Below, piece by piece: positions 50,620 through 60,707 of a stretch of DNA of 64,000 bases. This DNA is from Candidatus Bathyarchaeota archaeon. Lineage in GTDB: Archaea > Thermoproteota > Bathyarchaeia > 40CM-2-53-6. The stretch is taken from contig CAVSBL010000002.1 in the NCBI GenBank assembly GCA_963726255.1, forward strand, positions 1,024,001 to 1,088,000. The letters run 5' to 3'. A program made the position numbers and the translations under genes. The first letter of the stretch is position 1. Each line of letters starts with the position of its first letter. The notes below the pieces were generated by a model. It saw nothing but the letters and a program-made list of their open reading frames with translations. It was not told the origin of the DNA and made no database searches.

Positions 50620-51228
50620 TTAATTCGCGCTCTCGTCTTCCAGCGACCCCTCTTCGGAACCCTTTCGCTTACTGACAACGACTAGGCTTGGCCTAATCAC
50701 CTTGTTATTTAATGAGTAACCCTTGCGGACTTCTTCTACAACCATGTTCTCGGGTTTTTCGTCACTCTCCATGTAGCCCACAACTTCGTGCAGCTCTGTG
50801 TCCAGAGGTTGCCCAATGGCGGGAATTTCCTTTAAGCCCTCACTAGTCAAGACTTCAGTTAATTGCTGCTGTAACATCTTCAGCCCTACCGCAATTTCAT
50901 CTGGGGGTAACGTGTTGCTTTCATGAACCATCTGTTCGGCCTGTTGGAGCGCATCTAGAATCGGCAGTAACTTAACCAGTAACCCCTCGGATGCTTGTTT
51001 TGTTGCGGTGTCAACCTGACGCTGTGAGATCTTCTGGAGATTCTCCATGTCCGCCTGTAGCCGTTGCAACCGGTCAAAGTAGTCCGCTGCCTTCCTCTCG
51101 CTCTCCTCTTTCTCCTTGGCCACTTCACCCAGCTGCCTACGGACTTCATCCAGCTGTTTGCGTGTATCTTGGATGGACTGGGGTTTGTCGCTCTTGGCCA
51201 ATGGTTCTTTCCTCGGATCGATTGGCAA
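50620..51228 (-). CDS. grpE: Nucleotide exchange factor GrpE
   Basis: RLQADMEN, LLPILD, KGYSL..VIRPSLVVV. Confidence 0.95.
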   Translation of the reverse strand: MPIDPRKEPLAKSDKPQSIQDTRKQLDEVRRQLGEVAKEKEESERKAADYFDRLQRLQADMENLQKISQRQVDTATKQASEGLLVKLLPILDALQQAEQMVHESNTLPPDEIAVGLKMLQQQLTEVLTSEGLKEIPAIGQPLDTELHEVVGYMESDEKPENMVVEEVRKGYSLNNKVIRPSLVVVSKRKGSEEGSLEDESAN

Positions 51229-51298
51229 CTAGCGGACCACTGTAGAGAGGTTGAAACCACACCAGGCAGTTCTTAAGCATGTTTTTCCGCGACGGAAA

Positions 51299-51934
51299 TC
51301 ACGAAAGGCTCTGCGCGCCAAGAACGGTACTGTCCTTCAACCTGTCAAATGCATATTGTGGCACGTAGGTTCCGACTGAAATAGTCTCATCATGCGTCCT
51401 ATGGAAGTATTGGTGGGCAATCAAAGTCTCAGTCTTAGAAATGCCTTGCACACCCTCGAATTGATTTACGGCAGTTTCAAGAATCTGGCCAACGTTCTTG
51501 CTATGCAGAATCGTGAGCAGGTCCCAGTCACCTGGAATTATATGTCCCTCTACAACGTGTTCCAGCTGCTTCAATTGGGACAAAACATCGGGCAGCGACC
51601 CCTGCGCGCGTAGCAGAGAAATCGCCAAGGCGTCATTCTCGTTAACAATGTACTCTTTCGTGAATCCTTCGAAGGGTATGTGAGTGCTCGTCGCCTTAAT
51701 TCCGGGCATATTACGTATTTGAGAAACCGACTTGTACAGATCCGCGCGATCGTAATGCGCTACTCGCACCAGAAGATCGTACCTGCCGATTAGAAGCGCC
51801 CCTTCATCGACTTGGCTGATTTCCCTCACGGCTTTAACAACATCAGCTATCTGTCCGCGTTCAATGACTGCTAGAATGTAAGAGCAACTCTTCAAAGTCG
51901 AACTCATAGCTGACCCTCCGAAATCTGTTAGCAC
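51299..51934 (-). CDS. Tandem Lrp/AsnC ligand-binding domain protein
   Basis: Two repeats: GRYDLL...ATST and GDWDLL...KTET. Confidence 0.75.
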   Translation of the reverse strand: MLTDFGGSAMSSTLKSCSYILAVIERGQIADVVKAVREISQVDEGALLIGRYDLLVRVAHYDRADLYKSVSQIRNMPGIKATSTHIPFEGFTKEYIVNENDALAISLLRAQGSLPDVLSQLKQLEHVVEGHIIPGDWDLLTILHSKNVGQILETAVNQFEGVQGISKTETLIAHQYFHRTHDETISVGTYVPQYAFDRLKDSTVLGAQSLS

Positions 51935-51993
51935 GGTAGCGAAGCCTCGTACTTAAATCCGTATAATGTTAGTCCGCTCAGTTTATCGGGGCG

Positions 51994-52467
51994 TTGAGAA
52001 TGAAGTGGGTGACTCGCGAGAATGCAAAGGTCGATAGGATTGCTTGCCCATGGTTGATCACGCACTTTGTAGATGCGAATGCTGAGTTTCTATTCGTCCA
52101 GAAAGAAAGAGTGCAAGAGGTTGCTAAGGCGGAGGGTGCGGTTCCATTTGACGCACCTGGCGTGGAACTAACTCACTATCAGGAAAATGGGAAGACGTTC
52201 GTCAGCTTCGACGCCATCATAAAGAAGTACCGGATTAAAGACGAGGCTTTAGGAGAAATGGCGCGAATTGTTCGAGGCGCTGACGCACATATCCCGGACG
52301 CACCGCCAGAATCGGCGGGCCTTGAAGCTGCAGCAATCGGCTTCAGGGAACTCACGAGAAAAGACTTCGAAAACCTGAAGCTTCAATTCCCGCTATACGA
52401 TGCGTTGTACAAATATTGCCAGCTGAAAGCACAGAAGGGCTTAGGGTTGGAGCACGCAGTCCCGTAG
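51994..52467 (+). CDS. Chromate resistance ChrB C-terminal domain protein
   Basis: MKWVTRE..VDRIACPWLI, VRGAD, LYDALY. Confidence 0.88.
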   Translation: MRMKWVTRENAKVDRIACPWLITHFVDANAEFLFVQKERVQEVAKAEGAVPFDAPGVELTHYQENGKTFVSFDAIIKKYRIKDEALGEMARIVRGADAHIPDAPPESAGLEAAAIGFRELTRKDFENLKLQFPLYDALYKYCQLKAQKGLGLEHAVP

Positions 52468-52703
52468 TTGGCCCATGGCCTGTTCATCTACGAGTTTCCG
52501 AGGCCAAGCACAACATAGGAAAGTAGGCCAAATTCGAAGTAAGCCGAAGTAGCCTCATGTCCTGTGTGAATGTATTGGGCAGCATACACATTCAATGAAC
52601 TAGTGTATGACATCCATCTCGGCCTTAATTCGCATGCGAGAGACTCATATTCCGGTTTTTCCATACTATTGGGTTTTGAATTCAGTGGGGGCGTTGAGAC
52701 GAC

Positions 52704-54827
52704 TTGGCAGCTCCGGAGCCTAAGGCAAAACGGGTCAGGTTACGACAGGTCCTAGTCGAGCCCTCCTTGGTTATACAACCCCAAGTTCACATGCCCCAAC
52801 CTAGTTTCGGATCGCTAACGGAGATTACGCCGTTCAAGGGCGGATTCTTTCACCATCCGCTTACACTAAACCCCAAAGTCGCTAAGGAAACCTACCGCCA
52901 AGCCGGCTTAAGGCTAAAGTACTCCCCTCGCGCCCTGAAACTCATTCGTGAACACCGTGCCGTACTCTTCGAATATGACAAAGACGGCATCGTATGGGTC
53001 AAGCCAGTGAAGGGCGATTCACTAAGAGAAATTCTCGACGACCGAACCTTCAAGACATACGCCATCTGGAGCCCCTATTATGACGCTTACCGCCTTCGGC
53101 AAGCTGGGTCAGTAAGGTTCGCTAAGCGCGCATTCGAAGAGGATGATGTGCGCGTTGAACTCAAGAACTTCCCTGAGAGCGAAATTCAACTACAGGCTAT
53201 TCGGGCTCCGCGAAAGGTCAACGTAACACTTTACCCTTTTCAACGGAAAGCGGTGGATTTCATTCTAAGGAACGATGGTCGGACCTGCCTCTTTGATGAA
53301 ATGGGGCTCGGCAAAACTATCACGGCCACGACAGCCCTCTTGGGGCTTGTCAGGGAGAGAAAGGCGTCCAGAGCCATCATCGTCGCGCCGAACGCTGTGA
53401 TCGAACAATGGCGTGGTGAGTTGGTTGAGAAATTCAAGCTTGAACCAACCTTAGTCTCATCTAAGCGCACATTGAATGAGCGTATGATGCTCTACGATGA
53501 TCCACTCATCGTGATGAACTATGAACTACTCAGAACGGACGTGGAGTTGATACTTCAGAAGAACTTCGACACCTTGATCTTAGATGAGGTCACCCGAGTC
53601 AAGAACTGGGATACGCAAACGAGCGAAGCGGCGAAGAAACTCATCGTCAGAAACGTTATCGCCTTGACCGGCACCCCCCTCGAAAACCATCTGGGGGAGC
53701 TCTACAACATTGTCAGTATCGTGAAACCTGGCTTCTTCGGCCGCTATAACGAAGACTTTCTCGCCAGATTTACGCTCAAACTTTCTGGTCAAGGGTGGCA
53801 GGGTTCCAGGCCCATCGTCAACCCGGAAACACTCCCCGAGCTAAGAAGAGAGCTACGAACGATATCTATTCGAAGAACGAAGAACCAAGTCCTGAAACAA
53901 TTGCCCGCGCTCACGGTTCAGTACGTGTACACGGAACCGGCGAAAAACCAGAAGATGATTTACGATATACTCCAAGAAAGCCTGGGCGAGACGGTTCTCG
54001 AAGAGTTCGCCTATAGCGAAAGCAACAAAGCCGGTCCGAACCCATTCACGGCCAACCGTATCAGGCTCTACACGCTCCTACGCGAAGCGTGCGCAGACAT
54101 AAGCATGATAGCTGGCTACCTTCGGCGCAAGCAGCGCGAAAACACCGAGGACGCGCAGTCCCTCCGGGAGTCGCCCATCTTCAGGAAATTAATCAGGGCA
54201 CTAGCAGACCTCGAACCGGAGAATGCGAAGCTAGTCGAACTGAAGGAGCTAGTGAACGACCTGACTGAACAAGGGCACAAATTAGTGGTTTTCTCACAAT
54301 TTGTCGCGGTCGTTAACCTGATTCAGGAAGAACTATCCAACCAAGGTGTTCCAACTCTCGTTTACCATGGACAACTTTCCGACGACGTCCGAACATTGCA
54401 TCTGAAACAGTTCGTGGAACAATCCGAGTACCGCATCCTAGCCAGCACAGATGCGGGGCAATTCGGTTTAAACCTGCAAGCCGCAGATGTCGTGGTTAAC
54501 TACGACTTGCCCTGGAACCCAGCACGGTTACAACAACGCATTGCCCGCCTGCACCGAATCGGTCAGACCAACAAGGTTCTCGCAGTAAACTTTGTTGTGA
54601 AAGGCACGGTCGAAGAACATGTCCGTGACGTGTTGGAACGAAAACGAAAACTGTTCAGGGACGTGACGGTCAGTGAAATATCGGAGAGCGAAGATTTGTC
54701 GCTTGAGGAATTGAGGGAGGTTTTCGGATTTGATATGCATAGGCTGGCGGAAACGATACGCGAACGTTATGGGTTACGTGTGGAAAGCTCAGGCGGGAAT
54801 CGTCTTCCTGAGAAACACCGAGAGTGA
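52704..54827 (+). CDS. SNF2-family helicase/translocase
   Basis: LYPFQ, DEMGLGKT, LDE...KN, LTGTPLEN, VFSQF, GLNLQ, DLPWNP, QRIARLHRIGQ. Confidence 0.93.
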   Translation: MAAPEPKAKRVRLRQVLVEPSLVIQPQVHMPQPSFGSLTEITPFKGGFFHHPLTLNPKVAKETYRQAGLRLKYSPRALKLIREHRAVLFEYDKDGIVWVKPVKGDSLREILDDRTFKTYAIWSPYYDAYRLRQAGSVRFAKRAFEEDDVRVELKNFPESEIQLQAIRAPRKVNVTLYPFQRKAVDFILRNDGRTCLFDEMGLGKTITATTALLGLVRERKASRAIIVAPNAVIEQWRGELVEKFKLEPTLVSSKRTLNERMMLYDDPLIVMNYELLRTDVELILQKNFDTLILDEVTRVKNWDTQTSEAAKKLIVRNVIALTGTPLENHLGELYNIVSIVKPGFFGRYNEDFLARFTLKLSGQGWQGSRPIVNPETLPELRRELRTISIRRTKNQVLKQLPALTVQYVYTEPAKNQKMIYDILQESLGETVLEEFAYSESNKAGPNPFTANRIRLYTLLREACADISMIAGYLRRKQRENTEDAQSLRESPIFRKLIRALADLEPENAKLVELKELVNDLTEQGHKLVVFSQFVAVVNLIQEELSNQGVPTLVYHGQLSDDVRTLHLKQFVEQSEYRILASTDAGQFGLNLQAADVVVNYDLPWNPARLQQRIARLHRIGQTNKVLAVNFVVKGTVEEHVRDVLERKRKLFRDVTVSEISESEDLSLEELREVFGFDMHRLAETIRERYGLRVESSGGNRLPEKHRE

Positions 54828-55150
54828 CACGGGAGAAGTTTCACTCATCTCTCAGGCGTATTAGGAGTGGGGTTGCTAAGGTTGGATTGACGGAAGTGGA
54901 AACCTTCTGCGAAGCATGCAGCCCACCTAGAATTCCCAGATACGAAGGCCGAAAGCTCGTGTTGGAACACGCTGGCTGTAACTGCAAATGCCCTGACACC
55001 GTCTTCGAACCTCGCGGACCAAGGTGCCCTCGGTGCGATCATCTCGTTAAGATCGAGCTCACGGATCGATGGGACGACCCCTTTATCTGGATGGACCCAA
55101 AAACCCACAGCCCCGTCAAGCTCGACGCAGTGAAACCACTGGCCGAGTAG
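54824..55150 (+). CDS. Small Cys-rich (putative zinc-binding) protein
   Basis: CEAC, HAGCNCKC, CPRC; GTGA overlap with SNF2. Confidence 0.65.
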   Translation: MTREKFHSSLRRIRSGVAKVGLTEVETFCEACSPPRIPRYEGRKLVLEHAGCNCKCPDTVFEPRGPRCPRCDHLVKIELTDRWDDPFIWMDPKTHSPVKLDAVKPLAE

Positions 55151-55229
55151 ATCTTCTCGTCTCAATCCATGTTGCCTGTTGATTGCCTTGAGTTAGGGCG
55201 CTTTGAGAGGTCGGACACATCACCCCAGC

Positions 55230-55273
55230 TGGCACCACCCGACTATGCTTGGAGCCATTTGGCACCACCCGAC
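55230..55273. repeat. 14-bp direct repeat TGGCACCACCCGAC at 30-bp spacing
   Basis: Copies at 55230-43 and 55260-73. Confidence 0.8.
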
Positions 55274-55334
55274 AAGTGCTGGGACCACTAGGAAGTCAGT
55301 AAAGTAATTAGCCTACGCTCTTCCGAAGACCCGC

Positions 55335-57737
55335 TTGATCCCTTTGCCTTCTGAACTACCAACCACTAGCTTGCGCTGGACCTGCGACCCCAAGATTATC
55401 GGAGCAAAATCCACGGAGGAAATCAAGCCTCTCGATGTGTTAGTTGGCCAACCACGAGCTTACGAAGCACTGAGATTTGGCTTCAGCATCAAAGAACACG
55501 GCTTCAACATTTTCGCGGCCGGCCCACAAGCAACTGGCAAGACAACCACTACAACCGACTTCCTAGAGGACATCGCGAAGAAATTGCCCACCCCCTACGA
55601 CTGGTGCTATGTTCACAATTTCGAGGATGACTATCAACCCAAGGCACTACGCTGCCCCCCCGGGCTTGGAAAGCAGCTCAAACAGGACATGCGTGAAATG
55701 ATTCAAGCCGCACGCCTCGCAATTTCACAATTATTCGAAGGGGACGACTACGCTGCGAAGCGCGATGAGATGTCCCGGAAACTGAACAAGCGGAGACAAG
55801 AGGTGATTACACAGATGGGCCAGGTTGCAGAAAGCGCAGGATTCGCGATGCAACTCACAGCCCTGGGCATCTCCTTAGTCCCAGTCGTGAAAGGCCACCC
55901 GTTGTCGGAAGAGGAGTTCCTATCGCTGCCCAAAGAAAGCCAGCAGAAATTTGCTGAGCAGCGTGAAACAATGAAAGAGAAACTTCAGCCCCTCATGAGA
56001 GAACTTCGAGATCTCGAATTGAAAGCACACGATGAAATGGCCAAATTCGACAAAGATGTAACCCTGTACGCTATCGAACGTCTAATGTCAAGCCTACTCG
56101 AGAAGTATAAGCAAGATAAGGGAATCACAGATTTTCTGCACGAGATTCAGACACACATAGTGGAGGACTTGGACAGGTCCTTCAGAGGACGGCGAGGAGA
56201 CAAGAAAGAAACAGATCAAGACGCCTCGGCGGACGATTTGGCCTTCCGAGTTTATGATGTTAACGTTATCGCTGACAATTCAGGAGTGCAAGGCGCCCCC
56301 ATTGTCGTAGAAAGCAACCCCACCTATGATAATGTGCTCGGCCGAATAGAGAAGGAAAGCCAGCTCGGAACTCTGACAACCGATTTCACACTGATTCGAG
56401 GCGGCTCCTTACACGAGGCAAATGGCGGATTCCTAATAATCCGTGCAGAACAGATCCTTCGCGACCTGAACGTCTACGAGGGTTTGAAACGCACGCTTAA
56501 GGCCGGGGAGATTGTCATCGAAGATCTACCACAGAGGGTAGGATACGCGAGTGTAAAGAGCCTGGCCCCCCAGCCGATACCCTTGGATGTGAAGGTCGTC
56601 CTGATCGGCGATTCTTCCACGTACCAACTACTCTTCGCTTACGACCCTGAATTCCGTGAACTCTTCAAGGTGAAAGCAGATTTCGATTCAACCATGGAAA
56701 AAATTGATAGCAATCTCAAAAACTATGCAGGGTTCTTCACGACTCTGGTGGTAAACGAGAATCTGAAACACCTCGACGCATCAGCCCTAGCTCGACTTCT
56801 AGAGCACAGTTCACGGCTTGCTGAAGACCAGACCAAGCTGTCAACCCAATTTGGCCTCGTGGCGGATGTTGTGCGTGAAGCACATTTCTATGCCTCGCAG
56901 GAAAATGCGAAGTACATAACGGCATCGCATGTTGAGAAGGCGATTGAGGCCAAGGTCTATCGTTCAAACCTGGTGCAGGATAAGATCAAGGAATACATTC
57001 AGCGAAATGTGATTTTCATCTCAACCGATGGAGCCGCGGTTGGTCAGATTAACGGGTTGTCAGTTCTGAGCGTGGGCGACTTTTCGTTCGGCGCCCCGTC
57101 ACGCATAACCGTTGCAGTCGGGCTCGGAAAGGAGGGGTTGATAGATGTTCAAAGAGAAGTCCACATGAGCGGCCCGATACATGGGAAAGGGATTATGATC
57201 ATTGCTGGATATTTGGCCTCAAAGTTCGCTTACGATAAGCCCCTGACTCTGTCAGCCAGAATAGTTTTCGAACAGAACTATGAAGGAGTTGAAGGAGATA
57301 GTGCATCGAGCACAGAACTATACGCCTTGCTCTCCGCACTTTCCGGCGCCCCGATCAAACAGAACTTCGCAGTAACCGGTTCAGTAAACCAGAATGGCGA
57401 CGTGCAGCCAATTGGAGGAGCTAACGAGAAAATTGAAGGCTACTACGAAATCTGTAAGGCGAGAGGCCTGAACGGGCAGCACAGCGTAATCATTCCGGCA
57501 AGCAACGTTCAGAACCTCATGTTGAAGCAGGAGGTGGTCGACGCCGTGAAGGTAGGGAAGTTTCACATTTACCCTGTCAAAACCATTGAGGAAGGTATTG
57601 AAGTCTTGACCGGCGTCCCAGCTGGAAAGCGGCTGCCGAACGGGGGCTACGAGGAGGACTCTATCTACGGGCGAGTGGACAAGCGGTTACGGGAGATGGC
57701 GGAGACAGTCAAACGTTTCCAAGCGTTCGCCGCGTAA
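55335..57737 (+). CDS. Lon-like protease (LonC/YcbZ type)
   Basis: GQPRA, GPQATGKT, GSLHEANGGFL, GQINGL, GDSASS...NEKIEG Ser-Lys dyad. Confidence 0.9.
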   Translation: MIPLPSELPTTSLRWTCDPKIIGAKSTEEIKPLDVLVGQPRAYEALRFGFSIKEHGFNIFAAGPQATGKTTTTTDFLEDIAKKLPTPYDWCYVHNFEDDYQPKALRCPPGLGKQLKQDMREMIQAARLAISQLFEGDDYAAKRDEMSRKLNKRRQEVITQMGQVAESAGFAMQLTALGISLVPVVKGHPLSEEEFLSLPKESQQKFAEQRETMKEKLQPLMRELRDLELKAHDEMAKFDKDVTLYAIERLMSSLLEKYKQDKGITDFLHEIQTHIVEDLDRSFRGRRGDKKETDQDASADDLAFRVYDVNVIADNSGVQGAPIVVESNPTYDNVLGRIEKESQLGTLTTDFTLIRGGSLHEANGGFLIIRAEQILRDLNVYEGLKRTLKAGEIVIEDLPQRVGYASVKSLAPQPIPLDVKVVLIGDSSTYQLLFAYDPEFRELFKVKADFDSTMEKIDSNLKNYAGFFTTLVVNENLKHLDASALARLLEHSSRLAEDQTKLSTQFGLVADVVREAHFYASQENAKYITASHVEKAIEAKVYRSNLVQDKIKEYIQRNVIFISTDGAAVGQINGLSVLSVGDFSFGAPSRITVAVGLGKEGLIDVQREVHMSGPIHGKGIMIIAGYLASKFAYDKPLTLSARIVFEQNYEGVEGDSASSTELYALLSALSGAPIKQNFAVTGSVNQNGDVQPIGGANEKIEGYYEICKARGLNGQHSVIIPASNVQNLMLKQEVVDAVKVGKFHIYPVKTIEEGIEVLTGVPAGKRLPNGGYEEDSIYGRVDKRLREMAETVKRFQAFAA

Positions 57738-57749
57738 GTGGAGCCTTGT

Positions 57750-58880
57750 TCACTCTAATACGTGGATGTTCTTCTTCGCGCACATGTCTTTCAGGATCTT
57801 TGGCCAGACAGTGACGCTAACTTCGCCCAAGTGCGCCTTCTTCAGTAGGAGCATGTAGGTTCGTGATTGCCCTATACCGCCCCCTATGCTGAGCGGCAGC
57901 TCGTTGTTTACGATGCCTCGGTGGTAGGGGAACTTCAGGAAATCCAACTGCCCGGTGATTTCCAGTTGCTTCTTGAGAGAGCTGGCGTTGACGCGGATGC
58001 CCATGGAGGTTAGTTCATGGCGGCGCCGTGTCACCGGATTCCAGACCAGAATGTCGCCGTTGAGGCCGTGCATTGTCCTACCGTCTTCGGACTTTGTTTC
58101 CGTAACCCAATCGTCGTAGTCGGCCGCCCTCATCTCATGTGGGTACCCATCCTTGAGTACCCAACCAATTCCAATTATGAAAATAGCTGGATACTTTTGG
58201 AGTATCGCTGTCTCACGCGCCTTGCGAGGCATGTCCGGGTACTTGTCGAGGATGTCTTCGGCGTGGAGAAAAGTGATTTCGTCTGGCAGGCTGGGATATT
58301 TCGAGGTTTGTAGCTGAGGAAAGAGCTTTTGCGCGTGGGTTTCAGCGCCTTTAAGGACCTTCCAAATTTTCCGAACGGTTTCCTTTAGGTAATCCAAGTT
58401 CCGCTGGTCTTCAGTTACCACTTTCTCCCAATCCCACTGGTCCACGTAGGCGCTATGGTCGTGGTCCAAGAAGTAGTCCTTGCGAACCGCACGCATGTCG
58501 GTGCAAATTCCTTCACCGACTCGAAGGCCGAATTGTCTCAACGCGACTCGTTTCCATTTAGTCGCAGCCTGCACTACTTGCGCATCGATCGGGTTCTTGT
58601 TATAATCGTTGGATATGTGAAATTGGATTGGGGTACGTGAGCCGTCTCGGTCGAGTAGGTCGTTGACTCCGCTTTCGGCGTCAACAATCAGCGGCACCTG
58701 TACCATCATTAGGTTGAGTTCTTTGCACAGGTTCTCCTCAATGTAGCCCTTGACAGCGAAGATAGCCTTCTGCGTGTCTTGCGGCGTCAGAAGGGAACTG
58801 TAATCACTTGGGAGAACCTTCTCAAGCTCATCATAACTACCGATGCCCGGCCCAGCCAAGTCCGCCTTCTTGCTAGACAT
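57750..58880 (-). CDS. asnA: Aspartate-ammonia ligase
   Basis: HSAYVDQWDWE, RAADYDDW, LNGDI, SMGIRV, SIGGGIGQSR; start trimmed to MSSKKADL. Confidence 0.93.
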   Translation of the reverse strand: MSSKKADLAGPGIGSYDELEKVLPSDYSSLLTPQDTQKAIFAVKGYIEENLCKELNLMMVQVPLIVDAESGVNDLLDRDGSRTPIQFHISNDYNKNPIDAQVVQAATKWKRVALRQFGLRVGEGICTDMRAVRKDYFLDHDHSAYVDQWDWEKVVTEDQRNLDYLKETVRKIWKVLKGAETHAQKLFPQLQTSKYPSLPDEITFLHAEDILDKYPDMPRKARETAILQKYPAIFIIGIGWVLKDGYPHEMRAADYDDWVTETKSEDGRTMHGLNGDILVWNPVTRRRHELTSMGIRVNASSLKKQLEITGQLDFLKFPYHRGIVNNELPLSIGGGIGQSRTYMLLLKKAHLGEVSVTVWPKILKDMCAKKNIHVLE

Positions 58881-59078
58881 TGCTCTCTTCGCTTTGGGAA
58901 AGAAAGTGTCCTTATTACGCATGCTTCTGCTTTCCACGACTGGCAAAATGGAAATTCACTTGTCAGGAGTGTGACACACCCAAACGTTGGGTGGGCACAC
59001 CCTACGTCGAAGCAGCTCCTAGCCTGTCACACGCGAAACAAGAGTAAGGTGTACTCGAGTCCTGCCCTCGTCTCCCGA

Positions 59079-60704
59079 TCATCTTGATGATCCAGTGACA
59101 GCCTTGGCTGTCATCGATGGTTTGTGAGGGGCATAGAAGATGCTGAGGACTGCCTTGAAGCCTACTGTTCGTATGATGTTTACTGAGAAGACGGCGTAAC
59201 CTGAGGCCAGGATGACTGCTCCGACGAGGGCTGCATTCATGTATGGTTCGAACGGCCCAAGGCCGTTTATGTAGAGCATCCTTCTTAGCATGCCCGCTAC
59301 TCCAGCGAGCCCCATGCTTAGACCCATCACAAGACCGCCAATCGTCCACAGAATCAGTTGCACATCCGCGAGACGTTCATTGAGTTGCTTACCTGTCAGC
59401 ATCGGGAACAGTGCATAGATGGCTGCAAAGATCGTGAGACCCAGGCCGATTAGGAGTTGTACATGTGCGTGAATTCCCACGATCCATTGAGTGTTATGGA
59501 AATATCGGTTAACCGCATAATTGGCTTGTATTATCCCAGCTGTACCGCCTATACCGTAACCCATGATGGAGACAAGAACATACTTCAGCGGAGCCGTGTA
59601 CTTGACCGGCCACGCCAACCACAGCGTCATTAGCACCGCGAATATTGTCAATCCCATTGTAACTAGTTCCCCCCATGTTACAATTTGACCCTCAACGAGA
59701 AGGCCCAGGGGTTGAGGCGTGTCAGCCATCATATGATGACCCCAAACTCCCATTGAGACCAAGAGATCTGCGAGAATCACTGACCTTACAACGTTCTCAC
59801 CGTATAGCTTCCGATTCAAGAGCAACGGAACTATGAGATACCATGTCGCGGCAGTGAACATCAGAACGTTCCCGTCGGCAATCATATCCAAACCCCACCA
59901 AAACACGTTCTTGTAGACCAGAGGATCAATCAGCGTTGGACTGAGAGCCATTGAGGGAACGAGATAGGCAATTCCGTAGATTGATAGTAGAACGCCCACT
60001 CCTCCCATGACCACTGCATTGATTGTAGTGTCAACACAGCCCCTGAATACGCCCACAACGAATACTGGAAAGGTGAAGACCTTACTTGTGTAGTCCGGCA
60101 CTCCACGAATCTTAGCTCTGAGCTTGTCTACGTTGAAAGCTGTGACAATCAATTCCCTAGCCACGAAGGCCGGCTTGGGCTGAGAGCTGACTTTCGGACG
60201 TAGTGGGAGAAAGATTGTTGCGAACATGTTGAAGAAGAACGCTAAGACGGCTGCGAAGATTAGGATCATACCTACCCCAAACGGAAGAATGCTTACGGGA
60301 TTCCACCCTACGGTTTTAACCGCGACGGGAAGCGGCCAATAGAGAGTGTAAAGCGGAGCATAATGCGTGATGAAAGTAGTTGTCCAAACCGTCATTACGC
60401 CCACGGTCATTAGAAGAAAGGAAGCGTTCGCAGTCTTCCTGCTGTAAATATCACGACCCAACACGTACGGAACAAGGAAGTAGAATGCCCCCATCACCGC
60501 CATGTAAGCGAACCCATAAATCAAGACGAACGGGTGCGCGGTCAACATGGCATAGAAATGTTGCGGGTCCAATCCTAGCAGGGGAAGGTCTATGTTATCA
60601 ACCCGACCTCGCATCATAACGCCTTCTATTCCACCAAGGCCTAGGAAAAGCAGAGAAACGACCACGAACCTTAGCGAGAGGATCTTCCGTTCATCCTCGT
60701 TCAA
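59079..60704 (-). CDS. Heme-copper oxidase superfamily subunit I, gNOR-like
   Basis: TAHP, WGHH and IHAH ligands present; helix VI reads FWWGLDMIADG instead of FWxxGHPxVY. Confidence 0.8.
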   Translation of the reverse strand: MNEDERKILSLRFVVVSLLFLGLGGIEGVMMRGRVDNIDLPLLGLDPQHFYAMLTAHPFVLIYGFAYMAVMGAFYFLVPYVLGRDIYSRKTANASFLLMTVGVMTVWTTTFITHYAPLYTLYWPLPVAVKTVGWNPVSILPFGVGMILIFAAVLAFFFNMFATIFLPLRPKVSSQPKPAFVARELIVTAFNVDKLRAKIRGVPDYTSKVFTFPVFVVGVFRGCVDTTINAVVMGGVGVLLSIYGIAYLVPSMALSPTLIDPLVYKNVFWWGLDMIADGNVLMFTAATWYLIVPLLLNRKLYGENVVRSVILADLLVSMGVWGHHMMADTPQPLGLLVEGQIVTWGELVTMGLTIFAVLMTLWLAWPVKYTAPLKYVLVSIMGYGIGGTAGIIQANYAVNRYFHNTQWIVGIHAHVQLLIGLGLTIFAAIYALFPMLTGKQLNERLADVQLILWTIGGLVMGLSMGLAGVAGMLRRMLYINGLGPFEPYMNAALVGAVILASGYAVFSVNIIRTVGFKAVLSIFYAPHKPSMTAKAVTGSSR

Positions 60705-60707
60705 AGC

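Noticed and set aside
55230-55273. Two 14-bp repeats as a mini-CRISPR
   Set aside because: The repeat and the 16-bp gap are too short and there are only two copies.
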